Shown here: positions 1 through 8,696 of the stretch, in pieces
How the letters are laid out: every line of letters starts with the position of its first letter
Position numbering within the stretch: the first letter of the stretch is position 1
DNA from: Candidatus Iainarchaeum sp.
GTDB taxonomy: Archaea > Iainarchaeota > Iainarchaeia > Iainarchaeales > GCA-2688035
Assembly: GCA_017610205.1 (NCBI GenBank)
Contig: JAFCCL010000005.1
Span: 11,221 to 75,220, forward strand
Length of the DNA stretch: 64,000 bases
Reading direction: 5' to 3'
The notes under the pieces: model-generated
Seen by the model: the letters and a program-made list of their open reading frames with translations, nothing else
What the model was told of the DNA's origin: nothing
Database searches by the model: none
Translations under genes and position numbers: made by a program

Positions 1-304
1 TTGCTTCTGTGCTTCCCTTCTTTTTAATTTTTCTTTCAACCCTGTAATCTTTTTTCCCATAAGAAAATGCAAGTTCAACAATTGCCTCCTCTGCCTGATG
101 CGGTTTGGTCATTATAACCTCCTCAAGGGAAACCCTTCTGCTTTGCAGGCTTGGGAAGGTTCCAAATAAGGCAAAACAAACAGCGTCCATTACTGAACTC
201 TTACCGCTGCCCATTGCGCCTATGAGTACATTGGTTCCTTTTCCAAATTCAAAAGAACTGTCATAATGGGTTTTCCATCCTTTAAGATTTATGCTTTCAA
301 TCAT
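1..304 (-). CDS. rad50: Rad50/SbcC-family SMC-like ATPase, N-terminal fragment (gene continues beyond window start)
   Basis: Reverse-complement of 1-304 translates from ATG (comp 302-304) as MIESINLKGWKTHYDSSFEFGKGTNVLIGAMGSGKSS...; Walker A GAMGSGKSS and N-terminal layout are typical of Rad50/SbcC. Confidence 0.55.
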   Translation of the reverse strand, partial: MIESINLKGWKTHYDSSFEFGKGTNVLIGAMGSGKSSVMDAVCFALFGTFPSLQSRRVSLEEVIMTKPHQAEEAIVELAFSYGKKDYRVERKIKKKGSTEA

Positions 305-428
305 TCCAGAATCCCGATAACAAGTATACCCCCAAAACCGCTTTTAAAGGATTTGAAAGAAGGCTTCCTGTGAAGTTTTTTGGGGTAGGAGGCAGAAATT
401 TAATTAAAAACAAAGGGCTATTTAATTA

Positions 429-686
429 TTGATAGAAATGCGTACCCAAAAGAAAATCAAGTCAACCCGAACAACTGGATTGTTTGTTTCCAAAAGATTA
501 GCCCTTGAAGTAGTTTGTGCCAAACATAACACTTCCATTGGGAAAATTCCTGCATGGCTTTTAAAAAGGACACCTGCCTATGTAGATTCTTTTTTAACTA
601 AACCGTCAAAGCATAAACAACGCAGAGCTAAAAGAACGCCTGTGTCCACACCTTCTAAAAAACCACGACCCAAGTACAAAAAATAA
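429..686 (+). CDS. small basic hypothetical protein (85 aa, K/R-rich C-terminus)
   Basis: ORF track; no recognisable motif. Confidence 0.25.
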   Translation: MIEMRTQKKIKSTRTTGLFVSKRLALEVVCAKHNTSIGKIPAWLLKRTPAYVDSFLTKPSKHKQRRAKRTPVSTPSKKPRPKYKK

Positions 687-896
687 TTAAATAACTTGCG
701 TGCCTTTTATTAATAGTGAAAAGTAAATGAAAAAAAAATCCGGGGTAAAAGTGGGGCATTTTCAAACGCAATTGCAAAAGAGTTAATAAAAAAGAAAAAA
801 TATTCTGGTAAAAACCTTGCAGAACTTGTTAGAGCAACCCGCGAAAATCCTTCTACTGGTATTAATACTAATTGGGTTAATAGGGCAAGAGCCAAA

Positions 897-1394
897 ATGA
901 AAATTGGTCCAACTAAGCAAAGAGGTCACCCGGTTGACCCAGTCACTGCAAGAATGGTAAGAAACCTTGTTTGGATGACTGATTTTAACCAAAAAAAAAT
1001 TGTCAAAATAATGAACTCTATTGGAAGAAATATTACATCTCCAACAGTTACAAAAATAATGAAACAGGACGAGCATTACAGATCACCCCAATCAGGAAAA
1101 ACAGAAAGGGCTAAGAAGAAAAAGGAATTAACTGAGTATTTCAAAAAAATGCCGGTAGGAGAAAGGGTTAAAAGTTGGACTACTTTAAATGACGCATTGC
1201 AGACTTTAAAGAAAACGCATGCTGTTGAAAAAGATCCTGCTGCAAGGGAGTTGTTACATGAAAAAATGTCCACTATCTTTGAACTCTTAGAGGCGCTTGT
1301 GCCACTTATATCGGAAGCAGCAAGAAAAGCGGATTATGCCAAGACTCTTAAAGCGTTTGAAAAAATTGACCGAATTGTAAATAAACAACGTTAA
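897..1394 (+). CDS. hypothetical protein (165 aa)
   Basis: ORF track; charged, helical-looking C-terminal half; no motif recognised. Confidence 0.3.
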   Translation: MKIGPTKQRGHPVDPVTARMVRNLVWMTDFNQKKIVKIMNSIGRNITSPTVTKIMKQDEHYRSPQSGKTERAKKKKELTEYFKKMPVGERVKSWTTLNDALQTLKKTHAVEKDPAARELLHEKMSTIFELLEALVPLISEAARKADYAKTLKAFEKIDRIVNKQR

Positions 1395-1660
1395 AGCAGT
1401 GTCATTTCAACCATTTCAGCGTCTTCCACAAAAGGCAATTCGTTTATTTCTTTGGTAAGCTCTTCCACTACTTTGTTGTCCTTTTCGGGGACAGTAAAAG
1501 CTGCTTTTATGAACTCTGCACCAAAGCCTATTGGAATTCTTTTTGCATCCCTGAATTCGCCCTTTTTAACAGTTTTAATGCTTTCAAGGGTTTGGTCAAG
1601 TTGTTCCATTTCCTTGGCATTAATTTTGTAAATCAAAACAGTTTTTCCCAAAAGAATCAC
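1391..1660 (-). CDS. ef1b: translation elongation factor aEF-1 beta (GVG/GTG start)
   Basis: 89-aa protein; C-terminal ...IPIGFGAEFIKAAFTVPEKDNKVVEELTKEINELPFVEDAEMVEMTLL matches the archaeal EF-1beta guanine-nucleotide-exchange domain pattern; size typical. Confidence 0.65.
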   Translation of the reverse strand: MILLGKTVLIYKINAKEMEQLDQTLESIKTVKKGEFRDAKRIPIGFGAEFIKAAFTVPEKDNKVVEELTKEINELPFVEDAEMVEMTLL

Positions 1661-1816
1661 CTATGGCCCTTCAAACCCGCATTCAGGGCACTTGTATGCT
1701 TTTGCCGTATTTCTGCAGTGAAAGCACCTTATAATTGCTGCTTTTCCGCACGCAGGGCATCTAAATTCCACAAAGTCATCTGAGACTTCCTTATTGCATG
1801 TACTACATACCTTCAT
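1661..1816 (-). CDS. small Zn-ribbon protein (51 aa, two CxxC pairs), conserved partner gene upstream of aEF-1beta
   Basis: Reverse complement gives MKVCSTCNKEVSDDFVEFRCPACGKAAIIRCFHCRNTAKAYKCPECGFEGP*; four CxxC-type pairs; stop abuts ef1b start, as in the conserved archaeal Zn-ribbon/EF-1beta pair. Confidence 0.55.
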   Translation of the reverse strand: MKVCSTCNKEVSDDFVEFRCPACGKAAIIRCFHCRNTAKAYKCPECGFEGP

Positions 1817-1919
1817 TTTAAAAAAACTCCAAAACAGTTTCTAAAATAACTTTCGTTGGCTATTCTTTAAAAAGGCTACTGTCAGCCAAAGCATTGCTTC
1901 CAAACAATTTTCTTCCCCC

Positions 1920-2336
1920 CTATGCCATTAGTGCAACAGTCAAGTTTTCCGGGTTTCCCCTGCATTTGATAAAAAGCTTTCCGTAAAAGGAGGTCCTGCT
2001 AAACCTTTTCTCAGAGTGTTCTTCCGCTTTTGCCTCTGCATTCCAAAGCATTTTGTTGTCCTTTACTTCCTTATAAAAATCCAAAAAACCCTTCTTTGGA
2101 TTTGAAATGCCAAACTGTCTGCATACTGCAACAAAATTCGGTAGCCTTGCCAAATTAACTGCCATTATCTCAGCGTTCTGCATTTCCTCGCTAATGGGCT
2201 TTTTCTCAGCCGAATTTCTTTTAGCAAGCTCTTTCTCAACAGGTTTTTGCCCCTGTTTTCTTTGAACCTTACTTTGTCCTGTAGCAGTCCTTTGAGTCAG
2301 TGTACCCTTTTTTCTAAACCTATTAAAAATTCCCAT
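1920..2336 (-). CDS. hypothetical protein (138 aa)
   Basis: ORF track; N-terminus MGIFNRFRKKG; no confident family assignment. Confidence 0.35.
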   Translation of the reverse strand: MGIFNRFRKKGTLTQRTATGQSKVQRKQGQKPVEKELAKRNSAEKKPISEEMQNAEIMAVNLARLPNFVAVCRQFGISNPKKGFLDFYKEVKDNKMLWNAEAKAEEHSEKRFSRTSFYGKLFIKCRGNPENLTVALMA

Positions 2337-2553
2337 AAAACCAATAAAATTAGTGCTTCACACCCTTTTAAATATTTCCGTGGCAACAGAGTTTACAAAT
2401 TCACTCATCACCTCCAATAAAAAATTTTTTCTAAGGACTCTGTTTTTCTCGGCTTAAACCTTTGCCCTCGCTTTGCTCAGGCAAAGGATTTAATGCCTCC
2501 AAAAACACCAGAGTCGTCCACGAAAAAATTCATTCTAAATTGGAGGTGATGCA

Positions 2554-2697
2554 ATGAGTTTTTCTCAAAAATTTGATTTTCCTCTTCCAGACGAGGAAGA
2601 AATAAAAACATTAAGGCTGTTGGCAAAGCACTGCCCAGAAGATTTGGATGGAAGAGATATCTGGGTTTTGCAAAACTTTGTTGGTGATTTGGAATGA
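2554..2697 (+). CDS. small ORF (47 aa) translationally coupled to the LAGLIDADG gene
   Basis: GGAGGTGA Shine-Dalgarno 6 nt upstream of ATG at 2554; MSFSQKFDFPLPDEEEIKTLRLLAKHCPEDLDGRDIWVLQNFVGDLE*; its stop overlaps the ATG of the next gene (ATGA). Confidence 0.3.
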   Translation: MSFSQKFDFPLPDEEEIKTLRLLAKHCPEDLDGRDIWVLQNFVGDLE

Positions 2698-3629
2698 ATC
2701 ATCCTTTAAAAACTTTCACCGGAAACTCAGAGTCTCAAAAGTGCCTTAAAAAGGAAAAACAAGATTCTATTGGTGGTTGTGTTTTGGATTCAAAGATGAC
2801 ACCTGACTTGGCAGAAGTTTGTGGCATTCACGCTGGAGATGGTTATATGAGAAAATGTAAGTGGGGTAGTACAGAGATTGATATAAGTGGAGGTATTGAT
2901 GAGAAAGATTGCTATGACAATCATGTTGTACCGCTTTTTGAAAGAGTTTTCAATATTAAAATTAAACCTAGGTTTTTTCCCCCTAGAAATACTTATGGTT
3001 TTGTAATCTATAATGTAAAAATAGCCAAGTTTATGCATTCACTTGGTTTTCCTTATGGTAAAAAAACTCTTACTGTTGCTGTTCCAGAGCAGATTCTTCA
3101 CTCAAGAAATCTTGACATAATCTACAGATTTATTAGAGGTGTGTTTGATACTGATGGATGTCTCTCTTTTAGAAAACGAGGTGGTTCAGGCTATTCCAAA
3201 GTTTATCTAAAGAGGCATACTTATCCAATAATAACACTAGGCATATATTCCAAGAATTTATGGAAAGGAATTGGTAAACTTCTAATGAAAACAGGGTTCC
3301 CATTTACTGTCTCTTATCAAAGAGCTAAGAACAATTCTCATAAAAAATACAGAATATTCCTAAGAGGTGATGCCAATACAATAAATTGGATTAACAATAT
3401 TAGTTTCAAAAATCTAATAAAATATAATAGATTCCTAATCTGGAAAAAGTTTGGGTTTATGCCGCCTGGATTAACATACAAAGAACAGAACGAAATTCTA
3501 TCAGGGATTACTAACCCAAGCCATTATTATTCTGACAAATTTTCAGATGAAGAAAACTTACTACCTGCTTTAGTTGAAAGAAGACTAAAAGTTATACAGG
3601 ACATTGAATCGTTTATTCCTAAAGATTAA
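2694..3629 (+). CDS. free-standing LAGLIDADG homing endonuclease (double-motif, monomeric type)
   Basis: Two LAGLIDADG motifs: LAEVCGIHAGDGYM and IYRFIRGVFDTDGCLSF; 311 aa. Confidence 0.8.
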   Translation: MNHPLKTFTGNSESQKCLKKEKQDSIGGCVLDSKMTPDLAEVCGIHAGDGYMRKCKWGSTEIDISGGIDEKDCYDNHVVPLFERVFNIKIKPRFFPPRNTYGFVIYNVKIAKFMHSLGFPYGKKTLTVAVPEQILHSRNLDIIYRFIRGVFDTDGCLSFRKRGGSGYSKVYLKRHTYPIITLGIYSKNLWKGIGKLLMKTGFPFTVSYQRAKNNSHKKYRIFLRGDANTINWINNISFKNLIKYNRFLIWKKFGFMPPGLTYKEQNEILSGITNPSHYYSDKFSDEENLLPALVERRLKVIQDIESFIPKD

Positions 3630-3656
3630 AAACACAATTACACTAATATCTATTAT

Positions 3657-3746
3657 GGACCCGTCTGCTAACGGATCGGCTCCTAGGCTTCGGAATTTTT
3701 ATAATGGAGAAACCTAGTAATGGGGGTTCGACTCCCTCCGGGTCCA
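3657..3746 (+). tRNA. putative intron-containing tRNA; anticodon tentatively TCG (Arg), about 18-nt intron at the canonical 37/38 position
   Basis: Perfect 7-bp acceptor stem GGACCCG/CGGGTCC with discriminator A. T-arm GGGGG-TTCGACT-CCCTC. Anticodon stem CTAGG/CCTAG with loop CTTCGG|intron|A. D-stem is weak (3 bp). Confidence 0.45.
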
Positions 3747-3835
3747 ATCGCCGACACGTTCGGCGGGCACGAGTGCCATCTTCGTGTCCTTGGGCACTCG
3801 ATGACACAACTCGCCTTGCGGGCTCGCAAAGAGGT
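3747..3835 (+). other. structured non-coding element downstream of the tRNA: hairpin plus the conserved motif GAGTGCCATCTTCGT...TCGATGACAC (copy 1 of 2)
   Basis: Hairpin CGCCGA-cacgt-TCGGCG, then an 8-bp helix CGAGTGCC/GGCACTCG. A 15-mer and a 10-mer are shared with a second locus at about 46024-46058. Confidence 0.3.
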
Positions 3836-4247
3836 TAACAGAAAATGACAAGAAAAGACTTCAATACCTTGATGAAGATTATTGATCCTAAAAAAACACT
3901 GTCAAGAATTATATCCCATTGTGGCAATTTATCTGTTAGCTCTGGTAAAAAGAAAATCCGGCTCAAAACATTTATCTAGCTTTTTGATGCAAACGGAGTA
4001 AATTTTTCTCCAAAGCAAACTTTAACAGGTGCTAATAAACTTTTTACTATCTGCATAGAAAAGTTTACAGGCCATAGTCCAAAATATAAAAAAAAGATGA
4101 ATCCTGAAATATTTCATATAGTGGCCGAAATGCAAAATTCTAAAAACAGGATTGGTAAAATAAGAAAGGCAGCTGCTGCACAAAGACGAAAAGAAAAAAG
4201 AAAAAAAACCCAGAAATAAACCTGCTGGAAGGAGAAAGTGATTCAAT

Positions 4248-4661
4248 ATGAAGATTGTTAGTGCATGCCTTGCTGGAATGAATGTAAGACATTCTGGTGA
4301 TAGCAAGGCAAACGAAAAAGTAATTAAATTGGTAAGGGAAGGCAAGGCAATTCCACTTTGCCCTGATCAGCTTGCAGGCTTTTCAACTCCAAGGGAAGCA
4401 AGGGAGATTTGCAAAGGCAAAGTTTTGACTGCATCTGGCGTTGACGTAACAAAGCAAATGCAGGCTGGTGCAGAAGAGGTTTTGAGAATTGCAAAGCTTG
4501 TTGGAGCAAAGGAAGTGATTTTTAAAACCAAGAGTCCGAATTGTGGCTTTGGAAAAGTCTTTGACGGCAGCTTCAGCGGCAAACTTGTGAAAGGTAAAGG
4601 AATTACTGCAGATTTGCTTGAAAAAAACGGAATAAGGGTTTTGACAGAGGAAGAAATTTGA
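4248..4661 (+). CDS. DUF523 family protein (TudS-like, putative Fe-S enzyme)
   Basis: MKIVSACLAGMNVRHSGDS...CPDQLAG...SPNCGFGKV: the Cys pattern and length fit DUF523. Confidence 0.5.
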   Translation: MKIVSACLAGMNVRHSGDSKANEKVIKLVREGKAIPLCPDQLAGFSTPREAREICKGKVLTASGVDVTKQMQAGAEEVLRIAKLVGAKEVIFKTKSPNCGFGKVFDGSFSGKLVKGKGITADLLEKNGIRVLTEEEI

Positions 4662-4704
4662 CACAGAATAATTTTTATAATGGTCTACGTATACTTTATT
4701 AGAG

Positions 4705-4935
4705 GTGTTTTTTGTGGAAAAAAAGTTTGAGGTTCTTTTTGAAAAGGATGAAAACAGTGGCTTTGTTGCCTCTGTTCCTGCTTTGCCTGGCTGTTATTCT
4801 CAGGGTAATACTTTGAAGGAAACAAAAGAAAATATTAAAGAGGCTATTGAATTGTATTTGGAAACAGTAGCCGGACAAAAGAAAAAAGTCAAATCTAATT
4901 TTGTTGCTATGGAAGAGATTGTTGTTCATGCCTAA
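4705..4935 (+). CDS. hicB: HicB-family antitoxin (UPF0150 N-terminal domain only)
   Basis: FEKDENSGFVASVPALPGCYSQGNTLKETKENIKEAIELYLE is the canonical HicB/UPF0150 signature. Confidence 0.7.
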   Translation: MFFVEKKFEVLFEKDENSGFVASVPALPGCYSQGNTLKETKENIKEAIELYLETVAGQKKKVKSNFVAMEEIVVHA

Positions 4936-5155
4936 ATTGAAGCCGATTAGTTCGCAAAAGCTTGTAAATATCATTTTAAAACTTGGTTTTAAAAAGGCAA
5001 GACAAAAAGGAAGCCCTATATCACTTGAACACCATGATAGCAGAACTGTTGTTATTCCATTTCACAAGAACAAACCAATAAAGGTTGGTTTGCTGAATCA
5101 CTTACTTAAGAAGGATTTAAAAATTTCAAGGGAAGAATTTTTTAAAATGCTTTGA
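4928..5155 (+). CDS. hicA: HicA-family mRNA-interferase toxin
   Basis: MPKLKPISSQKLVNIILKLGFKKARQKGSPISLEHHDSRTVVIPFHKNKPIKVGLLNHLLKKDL matches HicA (YcfA-like); overlaps hicB by 8 nt (ATGCCTAA). Confidence 0.7.
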   Translation: MPKLKPISSQKLVNIILKLGFKKARQKGSPISLEHHDSRTVVIPFHKNKPIKVGLLNHLLKKDLKISREEFFKML

Positions 5156-5157
5156 TT

Positions 5158-6546
5158 TTAGTATCTAAGAAACTCTTCTTCTCCCTTCAGATATGTTGTT
5201 AGAAATTCTGCAAATTCCTTGTTTTTTTTGTACAATTCCACAAGGTTTTTTTCTTGGAGAATTGCACTGCCCTTGTTTATTGCCTTCTTCAATTCGCCTT
5301 TTTCAACTCTTTTCTCTTTCTTCAAAAAATCTTGCAAAAATTTTTCAATCCTTGTATACTTTCTTGGAATCTCAATTATCCATCGCCCTTGTTCAATTCT
5401 TGGCCCTGCAATTACTTTTCTGTGTTTTCCCAAAAAAGCCAGGCTGTTTTTTTCGTCTGTAACAAAAGGACCCTGTTTTACTGTGCTTTTCTGCAACAGC
5501 CTGCTTTCAACCTCAAACACTATTACTATTGCCTTTTTTTCATCTGTCCAGGCTTCGCTTCTTAAAACAGTAAAACCGTTCAATTGCAGTTGTTTTTCTG
5601 TTTTTCTTGCAAATCTTTGAATTTGCCCCCACACTATGTCTGCCAGTGCCTTTTTTGGAAATCCAAGCTTTACTGCAACAAGTTCTTTTTTCAAAAGCAT
5701 TGCCTTAAGCCTTTTAATTTGCCATAGCTTTTCCTTTTTGCCAAAGAAAAATTTTTTGCTTGGTTTTTTCAAGAATGCTCTGCTTGCTGCAACAATTCTG
5801 CTGAACTGATTTAGGGAGAGGGCTGCTGCAACATTTCTGTTTTTGTCAACCGGGTCTATTACAATCAATGAGGCGCTTTGAAACAGCTTTTTTGCGTCGC
5901 CTTTTCCACAATGCTTTTCTAAGTCAATTACTTTTCCCTGTGTCCATGTGCTTATTGCCTTTATTGCTTTCAAAAATCCGCCGTATTCAATTATAAGAAG
6001 TTCAACAACATAGCCTGGTACAGAGCTTGCTTTTGTATCAGCTCCGTAGCATTTAATTCCTTTTAAAAATTGCCTCAGCAACCTTACTTCTCCTTTCTTT
6101 TTGCCGGTTAGTTTTTTCAGCAAGTATTTGTTGTGGAAGGGGCTTCTGTCAACAGCGCTTTGTTTTAATTCACCTTTGCTTACTTTGTAGCTTGGTATTA
6201 TTTCAACATCAAATCCGTTAATTTTTCCTTTAATGTAGGGGTGTTCTGAGAATGCCTTTTCCCATTTATGTCCGCGAAAAACTTTTTTTCCAAGTCTTAA
6301 CCCCTCTTTTTCAAACTCTTCCCTATCAAGTTTTTCAGGAAACAGTACAAAAATGTCCAGATCATTGTCGCCTTTTAAATGCGTGTCTCTTGCACTGGAA
6401 CCGCAAAGCATTACTTCAACGTGGCTTCCGCTTGTTGTTCTTATGGCTTTCATTATTTTTTCAGCAAGTTTCTCCTGATTTTTCCTTTCCTGTTTTCCTG
6501 GCGTGATTTTTTTTATCACGTCTTCAATGAGTTTTTTGTTGTGCAT
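5158..6546 (-). CDS. cca: archaeal class I CCA-adding tRNA nucleotidyltransferase
   Basis: 462 aa; MLCGSSARDTHLKGDNDLDIFVLFP polymerase-beta-type nucleotidyltransferase motif and archaeal CCA architecture. Confidence 0.85.
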   Translation of the reverse strand: MHNKKLIEDVIKKITPGKQERKNQEKLAEKIMKAIRTTSGSHVEVMLCGSSARDTHLKGDNDLDIFVLFPEKLDREEFEKEGLRLGKKVFRGHKWEKAFSEHPYIKGKINGFDVEIIPSYKVSKGELKQSAVDRSPFHNKYLLKKLTGKKKGEVRLLRQFLKGIKCYGADTKASSVPGYVVELLIIEYGGFLKAIKAISTWTQGKVIDLEKHCGKGDAKKLFQSASLIVIDPVDKNRNVAAALSLNQFSRIVAASRAFLKKPSKKFFFGKKEKLWQIKRLKAMLLKKELVAVKLGFPKKALADIVWGQIQRFARKTEKQLQLNGFTVLRSEAWTDEKKAIVIVFEVESRLLQKSTVKQGPFVTDEKNSLAFLGKHRKVIAGPRIEQGRWIIEIPRKYTRIEKFLQDFLKKEKRVEKGELKKAINKGSAILQEKNLVELYKKNKEFAEFLTTYLKGEEEFLRY

Positions 6547-6613
6547 ATAGAACGCTCAGAGTATTTTGGTAATACTATTATATATGAATTTGCTTTATAT
6601 ACTACAGTTTCAC

Positions 6614-8173
6614 ATGCCAAAGATTAAAACCATAAAGGGAAAACTTCTTGAAAGCAGCCCTGAAAAAAATATTTTTGAAGGTTTTCCATACAACCTTTAT
6701 GAAATTTTACCCCCTGTTTTGGACAAGGAGGAAATGCGAAAGGCAATTCTTTTAATAAAGATTATTTTGAGGTCGTCTTCTTTAAATTTGCTTAGTTCGG
6801 AGTTGGGCAAAGCGAACAATTCAATTCTTGCACAGTTCAGAAACGGTGTTGTACAATTTATTGACGTTAATACTCTTACTCATGTTTTGCCTTCTGCAAA
6901 GCAAACAGAAATTCTTAAAATAAATCTGTTGCCAGTAACTGACAAACTTGGAATTAAACACAAGGTTGCTTTTATAGACTATGTTTTAAATTTAGCTATT
7001 GGTTATGGCCAGCTAAGTCAGCTTATGTTGGATTCGCAGCTTGAGGAAATAATGATAAACGGTTTTAATCGCGATGTTTTTGTTTTTCATAGAAAATATG
7101 GAAACTGTAAAACAAATATTTTTGTAAATGAGAAAAGCGGAGTATTTAATCTGATAAAAAGAATTTCTGCAACTGTAAGTAAGCAATTTAACGAACTTCA
7201 TCCCTTGCTTGATGCAAGGCTTCCTGATGGAAGCAGAGCAAATGCAACTTTCAATTATGTAAGCCCTTTTGGTCACACTCTTACAATAAGAAAGTTTAGT
7301 GCAATTCCGCTTTCAATAGTTGACCTTATTTCAAATGAAACAATCACAACAGAACTTGCTGCATTTCTTTGGGTAATGGTGCAGGGTCTTGGAATGCATC
7401 CTATGAATATTATAATAACCGGCGGAACAGGCAGTGGAAAAACAACTTTTATGAATGTTCTAACAGCATTTATTCCTTTTGAAGATCGCATAATTTCGAT
7501 TGAGGACACAATTGAACTTGATTTGGGTGCAAGGGAAAACTGGATTCAGATGGAGTCCAAGCCAAAAATCAAGGACGTTCTTGCTGTGTCAATGGATGAT
7601 TTGCTTAAAAATACTTTAAGAATGAGGCCTGACAGGATAATTGTTGGAGAGGTAAGGGGAGCGGAAGCCCAAACCCTTTTTGTTGCAATGGACACTGGGC
7701 ATAGAGGAATTTTGGGAACGCTGCATAGCAATAGTGCAAGGGAAATGATTCTAAGGCTTAAAAATGAGCCAATGGTTGTGCCTGAACAAATGCTTCCATT
7801 GCTTGACATGATTATAGTAATGCAAAGGCACTATCGCAAGGACAAGGGCATTGCAAGAAATATAAAACAGGTTGCTGAAATAGGCCGAATGGACGAAACA
7901 GTTCTTTTAAATAACGTTTTTGAACTTGATGAAAAAACAGGAAAAACCAATAAATCAAATGTGCCAAGTTCCTTAATTGAAAAGCTTGCATTAGTTTCTG
8001 GAATGTCAAAAAATGAGCTTAAAAGGGAAATTAATATAAGGAATAAGATTTTGCAGTTTATGCTTGAAACAGGTTTAAGGAAGAGAAGTGATGTCGAAGC
8101 CTTAATACAGCACTATTATTTTGACTCTGAAAGCATTCTCAGACAGGTTGCTGACCATTTTGGCAAAAAATAA
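6614..8173 (+). CDS. type IV pilus/archaellum-type assembly ATPase (TadA/FlaI/VirB11 superfamily), intein-free paralogue
   Basis: Walker A IITGGTGSGKTT; DRIIVGEVRGAEAQTLFVAMDTGHRGILGTLHSNSA; start taken at MPKIKTIKG (6614). Confidence 0.8.
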   Translation: MPKIKTIKGKLLESSPEKNIFEGFPYNLYEILPPVLDKEEMRKAILLIKIILRSSSLNLLSSELGKANNSILAQFRNGVVQFIDVNTLTHVLPSAKQTEILKINLLPVTDKLGIKHKVAFIDYVLNLAIGYGQLSQLMLDSQLEEIMINGFNRDVFVFHRKYGNCKTNIFVNEKSGVFNLIKRISATVSKQFNELHPLLDARLPDGSRANATFNYVSPFGHTLTIRKFSAIPLSIVDLISNETITTELAAFLWVMVQGLGMHPMNIIITGGTGSGKTTFMNVLTAFIPFEDRIISIEDTIELDLGARENWIQMESKPKIKDVLAVSMDDLLKNTLRMRPDRIIVGEVRGAEAQTLFVAMDTGHRGILGTLHSNSAREMILRLKNEPMVVPEQMLPLLDMIIVMQRHYRKDKGIARNIKQVAEIGRMDETVLLNNVFELDEKTGKTNKSNVPSSLIEKLALVSGMSKNELKREINIRNKILQFMLETGLRKRSDVEALIQHYYFDSESILRQVADHFGKK

Positions 8174-8696
8174 CTGAAAAGAGAACACTGTATTTTGGTC
8201 CTTTGCTTTCAAGTTTGCTTTCTATAAGTTCAATGCTTTTTACCTGAATTTTTCTTTTAAACAATTTTCCTATTTTTCCCACAATTTCCTGTGCCTGCTT
8301 TTTTTCTGCACCCTTGTTTCTTGCAAGCGTTATGTGGGCGTGAAATCTGTCATCGTGTGTACCAATTGCTTTTTGTAATTTTCTGTTCAAAAGATTGAAT
8401 TCCTCTGTTCCCTTTCCAAAACCAAGCCACAAAATTTTTCCCTTAAAATGCCCTGCACAATTTATTTCCGCTTCAAAGCAATCAAATTTTTGCAATACCT
8501 CAACTTGTTCCCTCAGGCGTTTTATGGATTCTTTAGGCAAATGTCCCAAAAAATGCATTGTAACATGCAGGTTTTCCTTTGAAACCCTGCTCCATCTGTT
8601 TTTTGGAATTTCTGGCAAAACATTTTTAGCAATTTCTTGTTTTACTTCATTTGACAAATTCACTGCAAAAAACAGGCGCTTGCTTTCATTACCCAC
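8139..8696 (-). CDS. 2'-5' RNA ligase / 2H phosphoesterase (LigT/ThpR family)
   Basis: Two HxT/S motifs: HVTMHFLG and HAHITLAR; about 185 aa; apparent GTG start at the repeat boundary. Confidence 0.6.
   Translation of the reverse strand: MGNESKRLFFAVNLSNEVKQEIAKNVLPEIPKNRWSRVSKENLHVTMHFLGHLPKESIKRLREQVEVLQKFDCFEAEINCAGHFKGKILWLGFGKGTEEFNLLNRKLQKAIGTHDDRFHAHITLARNKGAEKKQAQEIVGKIGKLFKRKIQVKSIELIESKLESKGPKYSVLFSVIFCQNGQQPV

Noticed and set aside
1920-2336. SepF-like cell-division protein (N-terminal MGIF...)
   Set aside because: Only the first few residues resemble SepF. The C-terminal region does not match the SepF core pattern convincingly.
3747-3835. C/D-box or H/ACA sRNA
   Set aside because: A GATGAC sequence is present, but it is fully base-paired with its partner, so there is no K-turn. 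There is no clear D box or symmetric pseudouridylation pocket. Kept as an unclassified structured motif.
5193-5620. Several plus-strand ORFs (89-133 aa) inside the cca gene
   Set aside because: They are antisense to a well-supported 462-aa CCA-adding enzyme gene. They are low-complexity F/L/S-rich translations typical of an AT-rich antisense frame.
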